Part shown: positions 10,111 to 19,079 of the stretch, in pieces
Layout: each line of letters opens with the position of its first letter
How positions within the stretch are numbered: the stretch's first letter is position 1
Translations under genes and position numbers: made by a program
Notes under the pieces: model-generated
What the model was told of the DNA's origin: nothing
What the model saw: the letters and a program-made list of their open reading frames with translations, nothing else
Database searches by the model: none
Assembly: GCA_049698695.1 (NCBI GenBank)
Contig: JBAVYH010000216.1
Location: 6,992-70,991 of the forward strand
Length of the DNA stretch: 64,000 nucleotides
Source: Bryobacteraceae bacterium
Lineage (GTDB): Bacteria > Acidobacteriota > Terriglobia > Bryobacterales > Bryobacteraceae
Direction: 5' to 3'

Positions 10111-10155
10111 AATCAATCATGCGTCGGGGTCGGCCCCTGGCCTGCGAACCCGCAA

Positions 10156-11616
10156 CTACCGGCTCGTATTCCGATAATCCAGCGGCGGCTTCTGATCCAG
10201 CGGGATCTTCGATTCGTACTTCACGCCCGCCATCCGCTTGGCGAAGTCTGCCTTGGCGGCGGCCAGCAGTGCCGGCTCCGTGAACAAGTCGTCCGCCGTA
10301 ACCGACAGCACGTTGGCAGCCAGTACCATTCCGTCCTGTCCAATCGCCATCCCGCTGGCTGCGGTGGCGTACCAACTGTGCGCCGGCGTTCCCGGCACCC
10401 AGGTGGCGGCGGTGATGCCGATGGTCGGCACGTTCCAGCTCACGTCGCCCACGTCCGTCGATGCACCGCCGCCTTCCCCAAGTTGGCGATCGAGCGGCTG
10501 CACTAGGCGCTCGCTGCCCAGTTTGGCCGTCGTTCCCGCGGGCAACAGCGGAAACAGCTTCTGGGCAAAGGCCTGCTCGGCCGGCGTGTACGTCAGTCCG
10601 CCGATTTCGGTGAAGTTGCGGTACATGCGTTCACTGAGCGGCGCGTTGTTGACGATGTTCGAATCGCTGCTGACAATCCGAACATCCACCGTCGTCTCCG
10701 TGGCCATCGCCGCGCCGTGGGCGCATTTCAGAATGCGCTCCCAGATGCCGCTCAGCACCGTCATCGAGGGATGGCGCGCGTACAGAAACAATTCGGCGTC
10801 ATCGGGAACGATGTTGGGCGCGGCGCCTCCCTTGGTCACGATGTAATGGATGCGCGTCGCGCTGGGCACGTGCTCGCGCAGAAACTCCACCGCGGTGGCC
10901 ATAATCATCACGCCGTCCAGCGCCGAGCGGCCCTTCTCGGGCGCCGCCGCCGCGTGCGATGCCAGACCGTGAAATTCGAATTTCGCCGTGATCACGGCTA
11001 GCATGCCGTCGCCGGTAGTCACCGTGTTGGAATCGCCCGGATGCCAGTGCAAAACCGCATCCACGTCGCGGAACAGCCCGGCGCGGACCATGTACACTTT
11101 GCCCGAACCGCCCTCCTCCGCCGGAGTGCCGTAATACCGCACCGTGCCGGGCAGGTGATGCGCGGCGAGATAATCCTTGATCGAGACGGCAGCCAGCGCA
11201 CCGCCGGCGCCGAGCAGGTTATGCCCGCAGCCGTGGCCCGGCGCGCCGGCAGTGAGCGGCTTGCGCTCCGGCGCGGCGTCCTGCGAGAGCCCAGGCAGCG
11301 CATCGAATTCGCCCAGAATTCCGATTACCGGCTTGCCCTGTCCCCAACTGGCAACGAATGCCGTGGGGATCTCCGCCACCCCTGCCTTCACGTCGAAGCC
11401 CGCCGCGGCCAGCGTCTCCTGAAGCAACGCTGAGCTCTTCTTTTCCTGATATCCCATCTCCGCGAATTCCCACACTTTCCGCGAGACATCCCGGTAGGTC
11501 GGTGCGTTAGTTTCCACCAGACGGATCACTTCGCTGTGAGCCGCTGAGATATCCGCCGCCAGCGCCGCAAATGGCGCCACCGCACCAAGAACAAGAACAG
11601 CCAGTTTCGATCGCAT
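10156..11616 (-). CDS. M20 family amidohydrolase (AbgB-like), secreted
   Basis: Signal peptide, HGCGHN metal-binding motif, PAEEGGSGK and the overall M20/M40 dimerisation-domain layout. Confidence 0.75.
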   Translation of the reverse strand: MRSKLAVLVLGAVAPFAALAADISAAHSEVIRLVETNAPTYRDVSRKVWEFAEMGYQEKKSSALLQETLAAAGFDVKAGVAEIPTAFVASWGQGKPVIGILGEFDALPGLSQDAAPERKPLTAGAPGHGCGHNLLGAGGALAAVSIKDYLAAHHLPGTVRYYGTPAEEGGSGKVYMVRAGLFRDVDAVLHWHPGDSNTVTTGDGMLAVITAKFEFHGLASHAAAAPEKGRSALDGVMIMATAVEFLREHVPSATRIHYIVTKGGAAPNIVPDDAELFLYARHPSMTVLSGIWERILKCAHGAAMATETTVDVRIVSSDSNIVNNAPLSERMYRNFTEIGGLTYTPAEQAFAQKLFPLLPAGTTAKLGSERLVQPLDRQLGEGGGASTDVGDVSWNVPTIGITAATWVPGTPAHSWYATAASGMAIGQDGMVLAANVLSVTADDLFTEPALLAAAKADFAKRMAGVKYESKIPLDQKPPLDYRNTSR

Positions 11617-11771
11617 ACTCGGATACGGTACGCGGCGGGACGGCGGCTGTCAAGCCGTAGGTGGGGCATGCTTTAGCTTGCCCGGAACAGGAGGCGCTTG
11701 CGCCGCTCCCGATTTAAGAGGAGAGCCGGGCGCCCTCGCGAGATCGAGCCGCGAAGTGTTAGACTCCAAGC

Positions 11772-11984
11772 ATGGGCCGAGCTGAGGAGATCGAGGCCGC
11801 CATCGACGGTCTGTCCCCGGAAGAATATCGGCGCGTCGCCGAGTGGTTTCGCGTCCGGGAGCAGGAGCGTTGGGATCACCAGTTGGATGCCGACTCCTCG
11901 GCCGGCAAGCTCGATTTCCTCTTTGATGAAGCGGAAAGCGAGTCCGCGAAGGGCCTTCTTCGCGAGTGGCCGCCGCCAAAGTGA
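11772..11984 (+). CDS. Putative type II antitoxin (small acidic addiction-module protein)
   Basis: 70-aa acidic protein. Its TGA overlaps the GTG of the downstream RelE/ParE-like ORF (GTGA). Confidence 0.55.
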   Translation: MGRAEEIEAAIDGLSPEEYRRVAEWFRVREQERWDHQLDADSSAGKLDFLFDEAESESAKGLLREWPPPK

Positions 11985-12246
11985 GATCCGTCGCTACTCG
12001 ACGGTTCTGGAGGCTATTCCAGGCACGGCCACTTGAGATTCAACGTCTTGCCACTAAGAACTATCATCTGTGGCGACGAGACCCGCACCATCCCCGCTCC
12101 GTTTCCGGCGCTTGCAGGGAAGCGAAGACCGGTTTAGCATCCGCGTCGGAGATCACTACCGAGCCTTGGGCAAGCTAACCGGCGAGAAAATGACCTGGGT
12201 CTGGATCGGCACCCACTCAGATTATGACCGGATGACAGGCTCTTGA
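11981..12246 (+). pseudogene. RelE/ParE-superfamily toxin gene interrupted by a frameshift
   Basis: The N-terminal frame reads VRSVATRRFWRLFQARPLEIQRLATKNYHLWRRDPHHP. The frame ending at 12246 then reads PLRFRRLQGSEDRFSIRVGDHYRALGKLTGEKMTWVWIGTHSDYDRM. Together these form a complete toxin-like sequence. The frames switch near 12089-12097. Confidence 0.65.
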
Positions 12247-12512
12247 GTTTGAAGAGCAGGCTTCGACTCCCCGCACATGCCAGAGGAAACATCCGGCTCC
12301 TGCGATTGCGAGATCCTGTACAACGTTCCTGAGGAAAGCCGCCTTAAATCGGAGTACTGGCATTGGCGCAGGAAGCAAGCCGGGTGAGTCATGTCTCCGT
12401 CACGCGGATGACTAGGTGCGCCATCCCGCGCTCCCGCCCTCAACTGTTGGATAATGGAATTAGAGTGACTTGGGTGATAGCAGCCGTGCCGACTCGCAAT
12501 GAGTGAGGCTGG

Positions 12513-13145
12513 ATGATCAAGTTTCTGGGCTTCTGGATTTCCTTCGGTCTGCTCGCGTCTTCGGGCAGAGTGATCACATTCGATCAGGCGGCAGTGGGGC
12601 ATGTCCCCGCAGGCTGGACCGTGGCCATGACGCACAACGGTGCCGAACCGCGCTGGGAGGTCCGCAAGGATAATTCCGCACCCAACCCTCCCTATGTGCT
12701 GGCCCAGGTTTCCGCCGACCATCACGTCGACCGCTGCCCGCTGGCCATTTTCGATGGCGTGAACCTGCGCGACTGCGACGTGAGCGTGCGCATCAAACCG
12801 GTCTCAGGGCTGCAGGACCAGGCGGGCGGCGTGGTCTGGCGCTATCGCGATCCCAACAACTACTACCTGGCGCGTGCCAACGCCATCACCAAGAACGTGG
12901 CCATTTACAAAGTGCGGGACGGCGAGCGGCTGCAGATCGCCACCGCCGTGCCCCACGACATCGAACCCAATACCTGGAGCATTCTCAAAGTCTCGGTACG
13001 CGGCTCCCGCTTCCAGGTCTACATCAACCATCGCCGCATCCTGCAGGCCGAAGACAAGACCTTCAGCGGCCCCGGCCGCGTCGGCCTGTGGACGGTCGGC
13101 GATTCCGTCACCTACTTCGACGATTTCCGCGTGTACCCAAAGTAG
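12513..13145 (+). CDS. Secreted concanavalin/LamG-fold protein (DUF1080-like)
   Basis: N-terminal hydrophobic signal. Beta-rich sequence ending in GRVGLWTVGDSVTYFDDFRVY, the typical C-terminal strand pattern of DUF1080/3-keto-disaccharide-hydrolase-like domains. Confidence 0.55.
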   Translation: MIKFLGFWISFGLLASSGRVITFDQAAVGHVPAGWTVAMTHNGAEPRWEVRKDNSAPNPPYVLAQVSADHHVDRCPLAIFDGVNLRDCDVSVRIKPVSGLQDQAGGVVWRYRDPNNYYLARANAITKNVAIYKVRDGERLQIATAVPHDIEPNTWSILKVSVRGSRFQVYINHRRILQAEDKTFSGPGRVGLWTVGDSVTYFDDFRVYPK

Positions 13146-13151
13146 GGCGCT

Positions 13152-14396
13152 TTACATCCCCTTGATCGTCACGCCCACCAGCGCCAGCGTGATGCCGATC
13201 ATGAAGGCCACGGTAAGCCACGAAACCAGGTTGAACCAGCGCGGGTTCACCCATTCGTGCATCAGGTCCTTGCGGTTGATCAGTAGGATCATCGGGATGA
13301 GCACGAATGGCAGCAGCGCGCCGTTCAGCACCTGCGAGAGCAGGATCATTTTCACCAGCGGGAAGTTCGGCAGCAGAACCGCGCCGGCGCCGGCGACGAT
13401 CAATAGCGTGTAAAGGAAGTAGAAGATCGGCGCCTCGCGCAGCCTCTTATCGACGCCGCTTTCGAAGCCCAGCCCTTCGCAGACCGAATAGGCGGTCGAC
13501 AGCGGCAGGATGGAAGCAGCGAAAATCGAGGCATTGAACAGGCCGGCGCTGAACAACAGGAAAGCGTACTGGCCGAACGGCTTCAGGCCCAGCGCCGCCT
13601 CCTTGGCGTCCTGAATGTCTTTCGGGGCGACGCTGTAGATGGCTCCCGCGCAGGCCACGATGATGAAGAACGCAATCACGTCGGTCATGATGCAACCCAC
13701 CACCACTTCCACCCGTGACGCCGCGTACTCCTTGGCGGTGACGCCTTTTTCCACCACCGCCGATTGCAGATAGAACTGCATCCAGGGGGCGATAGTGGTG
13801 CCCACCATGCCGATCAGCATGTAGATGTAACCGGGCTCCAGCAGCAGCACAGGCTTCACGCTGTATATCGCCGCTTCTTTCCAGTCCGGCCTCACCAGAA
13901 ATCCGGAGATGATGTAGGACACGTACAGAACGCTGGCGAACAGAAATATTTTCTCCACGCTGCGGTAATTGCCCTTGACCACCAGAAACCACACCGCGAC
14001 TGCGGAAAGCGGCACGGAAATATAGCGGCTGACGTGAAATAGCTCGAGCGAGCTGGCGACGCCGGCGAATTCCGCCACCACGTTGCTGAAGTTCGTCACC
14101 ACCAGCAACGTCATCATGATGAACGTGATCCGCAGGCCGAATTCTTCGCGGATCAGGTCCGACAGTCCCTTGCCCGTCACCGCGCCCATGCGCGAACACA
14201 TTTCCTGGGTGATGATCAGGACCAGCGTGATGGGCAGCAGCGTCCAAAGGGGCAGGTAACCCCAACGGGCGCCGGCAGCGGAATAGGTGAAAATGCCGCC
14301 GGAATCGTTGTCCACCATCGCCGTGATGAACCCCGGCCCGATGACCGCGAAGAACACCAGAATGTGGTAGCGGAACCGGCCGAGCAGTCGCCGCAT
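13152..14396 (-). CDS. NRAMP/SLC11-family transporter with non-canonical (NRMT-like) metal site
   Basis: IGPGFITAMVDNDSGGIFTYSAAGARWGY aligns with the MntH TM1 DPGN block, with Asn replaced by Gly. VGTTIAPWMQFYLQS aligns with the TM6 GATVMPH block, with Met replaced by Ala and His by Trp. About 11 TM helices. Confidence 0.8.
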   Translation of the reverse strand: MRRLLGRFRYHILVFFAVIGPGFITAMVDNDSGGIFTYSAAGARWGYLPLWTLLPITLVLIITQEMCSRMGAVTGKGLSDLIREEFGLRITFIMMTLLVVTNFSNVVAEFAGVASSLELFHVSRYISVPLSAVAVWFLVVKGNYRSVEKIFLFASVLYVSYIISGFLVRPDWKEAAIYSVKPVLLLEPGYIYMLIGMVGTTIAPWMQFYLQSAVVEKGVTAKEYAASRVEVVVGCIMTDVIAFFIIVACAGAIYSVAPKDIQDAKEAALGLKPFGQYAFLLFSAGLFNASIFAASILPLSTAYSVCEGLGFESGVDKRLREAPIFYFLYTLLIVAGAGAVLLPNFPLVKMILLSQVLNGALLPFVLIPMILLINRKDLMHEWVNPRWFNLVSWLTVAFMIGITLALVGVTIKGM

Positions 14397-14398
14397 CC

Positions 14399-15652
14399 CT
14401 ATTTCTGCCTCAGCACGGAAATGATGTCGTCGGCGGTGATGACGCCGGCCAGCTTGCCTTCGTCGTCCACCACGGGCAACGTCAGAATGTTGTACTTGTC
14501 GAACTGCTCGGTGACGCGGTCCTGCGATTCCCCCACGTGCGCTTGAATCAGCGGGTCGCTCGCCAGCTCTTTCAGCCGCGCGCCGGCGGGCGCCACGAAC
14601 AGCCGCGCCAGCGGGATGGCGGCCACCAGCCGTTCCTGCGCATCCACCAGGAAAATCGTGTTGAGCTGCTCCAGCAGGTCTTCGTTGGCGCGCAGCGCCA
14701 CCAGCGCGTCGTCTACGGCAGCCCCTTCGGAAAGCGCCACGTACTCGGTGTTCATCATGCCGCCGGCGGTGTCTTCCTCGAACTCCAAAAGCTCCTCGAC
14801 CTCCGTCTTGGGCTCCGCCTCCATCTCACCCAGGATCTCTTCGCTGGTCTCGTCTTCCAGCTCGGAAAGAGCGTCGGCCGCCTCGTCGGGCGCCATTTCT
14901 TCGACGATGTCTGCCGCCTTCTCCGGTTCCAGCGATTCCAGAATCGCCGCCTGCATCTTGGGATCGATTTCCGTCAGCGTGTCGGCGGCCACCTCGCTGT
15001 CGATGTTTTCGAGAATCGCCCCGCGGTCGGCCGGGCCCAGTTCCTCGACGATGTCGGCCAGGTCCGCCGGGTGCAGCCCTTCCAGCCTTTGATAACCGAT
15101 GGCGAGCCGCAGCCGCCGTAGCGGATCGGATTCCACCACGTTGCAGAGATCCCACCGGATGGAGTTCGGCTGGATAGGTCCTTGCAGCCGCCGGATCCAG
15201 CTCGCCGGCATCCCGCCTTGCAGCAGGCGGCGCACCACGCTGCGCAGCCCCACGTCCACTTCAACCACGTGCACGGTGGTCCGCCCGTTCTCCTGGCGGA
15301 TCTCCATGGTGAGGTCGTTCACCCGCACCACCTTGCGGCCGGTCACGTCGATGATCTGCTGGTCCAGCAGGTCGCGGGCAATGCGCAGGATGCAATCATC
15401 CTCGTGATAGGGAACGAGCTGTTCGTCGCTGAGGAGGATTCCCGTCTCGCGGCTGATTCCGGCCACCTGGTCATAGCGCACGGTCAGCCACGCGTCGCCG
15501 CCGCCCACCAGGTAACGGTCAATCCGGGAAGCGTGATCGCGCGGAACCAGCGCAGCGTCCTTGACGCGGCCAATGCGGCTGCCCTTCAGGTCGAGCACCG
15601 GCATGCCCATCAGCTCGGTAAAGAATAGCAAATGATTCGCCATCGAAATCAC
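14399..15652 (-). CDS. Soluble PRC-barrel + MgtE N-domain + CBS-pair protein (MgtE cytosolic module without a pore domain)
   Basis: Acidic MgtE_N-type helical repeats (LHPADLADIVEELGP...AADIVEEMAPDEAADAL) are followed by two CBS motifs. The protein ends after the CBS pair with no TM helices. Its stop is 2 nt upstream of the NRAMP ATG. Confidence 0.8.
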   Translation of the reverse strand: MISMANHLLFFTELMGMPVLDLKGSRIGRVKDAALVPRDHASRIDRYLVGGGDAWLTVRYDQVAGISRETGILLSDEQLVPYHEDDCILRIARDLLDQQIIDVTGRKVVRVNDLTMEIRQENGRTTVHVVEVDVGLRSVVRRLLQGGMPASWIRRLQGPIQPNSIRWDLCNVVESDPLRRLRLAIGYQRLEGLHPADLADIVEELGPADRGAILENIDSEVAADTLTEIDPKMQAAILESLEPEKAADIVEEMAPDEAADALSELEDETSEEILGEMEAEPKTEVEELLEFEEDTAGGMMNTEYVALSEGAAVDDALVALRANEDLLEQLNTIFLVDAQERLVAAIPLARLFVAPAGARLKELASDPLIQAHVGESQDRVTEQFDKYNILTLPVVDDEGKLAGVITADDIISVLRQK

Positions 15653-15800
15653 CCGGGCGCCGTCTGCAGCCCGAGCGCGGCTTACCAGCTTCGATGACGC
15701 TCGTTGCGATGCGCTCTACACGGCTTTGGCTCTGACGCCACTCCCAATATGGCGCATCCTCGCGCGGAACTGCAAGGGGAAAAATAGGGCTCCGCAGTCA

Positions 15801-15833
15801 AGGCCGGCGAACGGCGTATCGACCCGCCGGCCT
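15801..15833 (-). terminator. Possible terminator hairpin downstream of the MFS gene
   Basis: 9-bp GC stem AGGCCGGCG/CGCCGGCCT directly after the stop codon. A T-run on the minus strand follows only ~15 nt later, so this is not a canonical intrinsic terminator. Confidence 0.3.
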
Positions 15834-15836
15834 GGT

Positions 15837-17129
15837 TCAATCCAGCTTGGCCGGCGTGTACCGGGGCGTCATCAGGTGGACGACGATGAGCGCCAGGAAG
15901 TAGGACGAGCCGCAGACCGCGAACACCGGTATGTAGCTGTGGGTCCACTCCACCACGTAGCCGGTGAATTTTTGGAACAGGGCGCCGCCGAGCGCGCCCA
16001 TCATTCCGCCAATCCCCACCACGCTCGCCACCGCCGCCTTCGGGAACAGGTCCGACACCACCGTGAACAGGTTGGCAGACCACCCCTGGTGGGCCGCCAT
16101 GGCCAGCCCCGTCAACCCCACCACCAGCCACACGTTCTTGGCAAAAGGAGCGTAGAGCACCGGCAGGACGGCCACCGCGCATACCAGCAGGGCGCTCTTG
16201 CGCGCCACGTTGAGGCTCCTGCCGCCCTTGAGCATGGCTCCGGAAAGCCAGCCGCCGCCCACGCTGCCGATGGAGGCCATGCCGAAGGCCACCGCCACCG
16301 GCCACCGGTTGGATTCAATATCCAGGTGGAACGTCTCCTGCAAATAGCCGGGCAGCCAGAAAATGTAGAACCACCAGATGGGATCGCTGAGGAACTTGGC
16401 GACGGCGAATACCCAGGTTTCCTTGCACGGCAGCAGGCGGACATAGGGGACTTGGTCGAGGCTGTCGCCAGGATCGCTCTCGATGTGCGCCAGCTCGGCA
16501 GCGGAAACCGAGCGATGCTTCTCCGGCTTGGCGTACATCAGAAGCCAGAACGCCAGCCAGATGAAGCCGGTGGCTCCGGCAGCGACGAAGGCGCCGCGCC
16601 AAGCCTGGTCCCGGCCAAGCGGCGCGGTGAAGACACCTACCAGCAGCGGCACCAGCAGCGGGACCGCCATGGTGCCGATGTTGGCGCCGGAATTAAAAAT
16701 ACCGGTCGCCAGCGCCCGCTCGCCCCTGGGAAACCATTCCGCCACGGTCTTGATGCAGGCGGGAAAGTTGGCCGCTTCTCCCAACCCAAGAAAGAACATG
16801 GCGATGCCGAATGTCAGCACCGAACTGGCGGCGCCGGGAGACATGGCAGCGACGCTCCACAGCACGATAGCGATAGCAAGCCCTTTGCGGGTGCCCACCC
16901 AGTCCGTAAACCAGCCCGCGCCCACGAATGCAATCGCATAGGCAATTTGGAACGCGACCAGCACGTTCGAATACTGGATGGCGTTCCAGCCAATGACGTG
17001 CTGCAGCGTGTCCTTCAGATAACCGAGCTCGCCGCGGTCGATGTACGCGATCACCGTCGAGAAGAAAAGCAGCGCACAGATGTACCAGCGATAATGCGAC
17101 GCCGAGGGGCGAGCTTGGCCAGGTGGCAT
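15837..17129 (-). CDS. MFS transporter (anion:cation symporter / hexuronate-type)
   Basis: 12-TM layout. The N-terminal YRWYICALLFFSTVIAYIDRG and DWVGTRKG motifs are typical of ACS-family MFS. Confidence 0.75.
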   Translation of the reverse strand: MPPGQARPSASHYRWYICALLFFSTVIAYIDRGELGYLKDTLQHVIGWNAIQYSNVLVAFQIAYAIAFVGAGWFTDWVGTRKGLAIAIVLWSVAAMSPGAASSVLTFGIAMFFLGLGEAANFPACIKTVAEWFPRGERALATGIFNSGANIGTMAVPLLVPLLVGVFTAPLGRDQAWRGAFVAAGATGFIWLAFWLLMYAKPEKHRSVSAAELAHIESDPGDSLDQVPYVRLLPCKETWVFAVAKFLSDPIWWFYIFWLPGYLQETFHLDIESNRWPVAVAFGMASIGSVGGGWLSGAMLKGGRSLNVARKSALLVCAVAVLPVLYAPFAKNVWLVVGLTGLAMAAHQGWSANLFTVVSDLFPKAAVASVVGIGGMMGALGGALFQKFTGYVVEWTHSYIPVFAVCGSSYFLALIVVHLMTPRYTPAKLD

Positions 17130-17187
17130 AAAGCTCTGATTATAGCCCCCACCGACGACGGCGCAGGTCCGGGCCGGCGCCGGCCCA

Positions 17188-18006
17188 TCAACCCAGGAGC
17201 GAGAAATTCACCAGCTCGATGGAATGCCGCTCAAGGGCCTGCCGTGCCTCAGGGGCGATCAGCGCTCGAAGCTCCCGCTCGCGGCTCTCCTTGAGGCGGG
17301 TGGGCGCGTTGCGCAGCGCATCGCCGCAATATCCCGGATGGCACATCAACTCGGTGGATCCTTCGGGCAGCGCGGCAGCCAGCGCCGCCAGTTCGCCCGA
17401 ATCCAGGCGGCCCGTCATCCGGAAGCCGGCGAAATGATCGACGGTGCGGCAGTCGTACGCCGCCAGCACGCGCTCAAAACGGCCTCGCAACAAACCCAGC
17501 GCGCCGCTCGCCAGGCGCGTCAGGCGCGGCACGCCGCCCAGCCCGTGCATCGGAAAATCGAACGGCCGGCGCACCCATTGGATGCCGAAATCTCGCGCCA
17601 CGCGTGCCACCGCCTCCAGCACCGGCGGCGCCAGATGCGTGTGCTTGTGAGTGTCGAGGTGCGTGGGCCGGATGCCGGCCGCAACCGTGCGCCGCGTCTG
17701 CGCCGCCAGTTCGTCATAGAGCCGGATCTCGCGGCGCGCCAGCGCTCGCAAGAGTCGCACCACCGTGGACGGAAACGGCCTCCCCGTCACCAGTGAGCGG
17801 CCGCCGATCAGCACCAGGTGGCAGCCCACATCGAGCGCCGGCGTGTCGCGCGCCAGCCGCACGGCATCGTCAAACGCGTCGCCATTGGCCATCAATGTGG
17901 CCGCCGTCAGGATGCCCCGGCGGTGCGCCTCCACAATGCCCCGGTTGACGTCCGGCGTGAATCCGAAGTCGTCCGCGTTCACCACCAGTTGCCGGCGCGC
18001 GCTCAA
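17188..18006 (-). CDS. ChbG/HpnK (YdjC) family carbohydrate deacetylase
   Basis: LVVNADDFGFTPDVNRGI and HLDTHKHTH motifs. TTG start overlaps the mlaD stop (TTGA). Confidence 0.75.
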   Translation of the reverse strand: MSARRQLVVNADDFGFTPDVNRGIVEAHRRGILTAATLMANGDAFDDAVRLARDTPALDVGCHLVLIGGRSLVTGRPFPSTVVRLLRALARREIRLYDELAAQTRRTVAAGIRPTHLDTHKHTHLAPPVLEAVARVARDFGIQWVRRPFDFPMHGLGGVPRLTRLASGALGLLRGRFERVLAAYDCRTVDHFAGFRMTGRLDSGELAALAAALPEGSTELMCHPGYCGDALRNAPTRLKESRERELRALIAPEARQALERHSIELVNFSLLG

Positions 18007-19076
18007 AACAGGGCCAGCCGGAGGGTCAGAAACTTCTTCGGGTTGGCGCGTATGTCCTTGGCCAGCGTCTGGAAGTCGCGTGTGGCGCCGTTGAGCGCGT
18101 CGTAGAGCTGAGGGTTCACTACTAACTGACCCAGTGTGCCCTGGCCCGAGTTGATCTTGTCCACGGTGACGTTGAACTTGGCCACCAGCTCGTCGATGCG
18201 TTTGTAGAGCTCGCCGTCCTTCATGAGCTTGCCGGCGGTGCCTTTTCCCGCGTTCAGCTCGTTGAGCAGCTCATGAATCTCGCTGAGCGACTGGCGGGCT
18301 TCGTCATAGAGCGCCGGGTCCTTGAGCAGTTTGCCCGCCGTGCCCTGCCCGCCCTGCAAGCCGGCCATCATCGAGTCGACGCGCTTCAGAGGCGCGTCCA
18401 GGTCCTTGTAGAGTGTGTCGTCATAGATCAGCTTGCCCAGCGTTCCGTTGGCGGTGCGCACGTCGCTCAACAGCTTCTGGCCCTCGGCCGCTATGCCGTT
18501 CAAGCGGTCGTAGAGTTCCTCGTCCTTCAACAGCTTTCCGATGTTGCCCTTGCCTTGCTCGATCCCGGCCAGTAGATTGTCCACCCGCGTGACGATGGTC
18601 TGAAAGGAGTCGAGTACCACTTTCATTTCACCCATCAGTTGGGGGATGTCCTCCAACTGGGCCGAGCGCAGCTCGGCGCCCGGTTTCACCGGGACTTTCG
18701 ACACGCCCTTGGTGATGTCGATGATCTTGCCGCCCAGCAATGTGGAGGCGGCGATGGCAACCGTCGAATCCTCCGGAATCGCCGCCAGATACTGCGGCTT
18801 CACCATCATGTCGAACTCCACCGCGCGCCTGGGATCGTGCGACTCGGTCAACCTGGGCGTCTCGAGAAAACCGATCTGAATGCCGTTCAGCCGGACTTCG
18901 GTGCCGTCGGGAAGCCCCGCCGCGTTGTCCATGTAAGTGCGCAGCAGCGCGTAATGGGTAAACGGGCTCTTGCTCTGCGTCAGCAAGAACACCAGGATAA
19001 AGAGAATGATGAAGGCAGTGCTGGCAATGATGCCGATCTTGAGCTGCGACCAACGAACTTTCCTGCGATCCGCCAT
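18003..19076 (-). CDS. mlaD: MlaD/MCE-domain protein with long C-terminal repeat region
   Basis: N-terminal TM helix plus MCE domain (VRLNGIQIG). C-terminal repeated GKGxxGKLLKD/L-YD motifs. Last gene of an mlaE-mlaF-mlaD arrangement. Confidence 0.8.
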   Translation of the reverse strand: MADRRKVRWSQLKIGIIASTAFIILFILVFLLTQSKSPFTHYALLRTYMDNAAGLPDGTEVRLNGIQIGFLETPRLTESHDPRRAVEFDMMVKPQYLAAIPEDSTVAIAASTLLGGKIIDITKGVSKVPVKPGAELRSAQLEDIPQLMGEMKVVLDSFQTIVTRVDNLLAGIEQGKGNIGKLLKDEELYDRLNGIAAEGQKLLSDVRTANGTLGKLIYDDTLYKDLDAPLKRVDSMMAGLQGGQGTAGKLLKDPALYDEARQSLSEIHELLNELNAGKGTAGKLMKDGELYKRIDELVAKFNVTVDKINSGQGTLGQLVVNPQLYDALNGATRDFQTLAKDIRANPKKFLTLRLALF

Positions 19077-19079
19077 CGG

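Noticed and set aside
12255-12280. GGCTTCGACTCCCC resembles a tRNA T-arm, so this could be a tRNA fragment or att site
   Set aside because: The flanking bases do not form a T stem or an acceptor stem, and no cloverleaf can be drawn. Probably coincidental.
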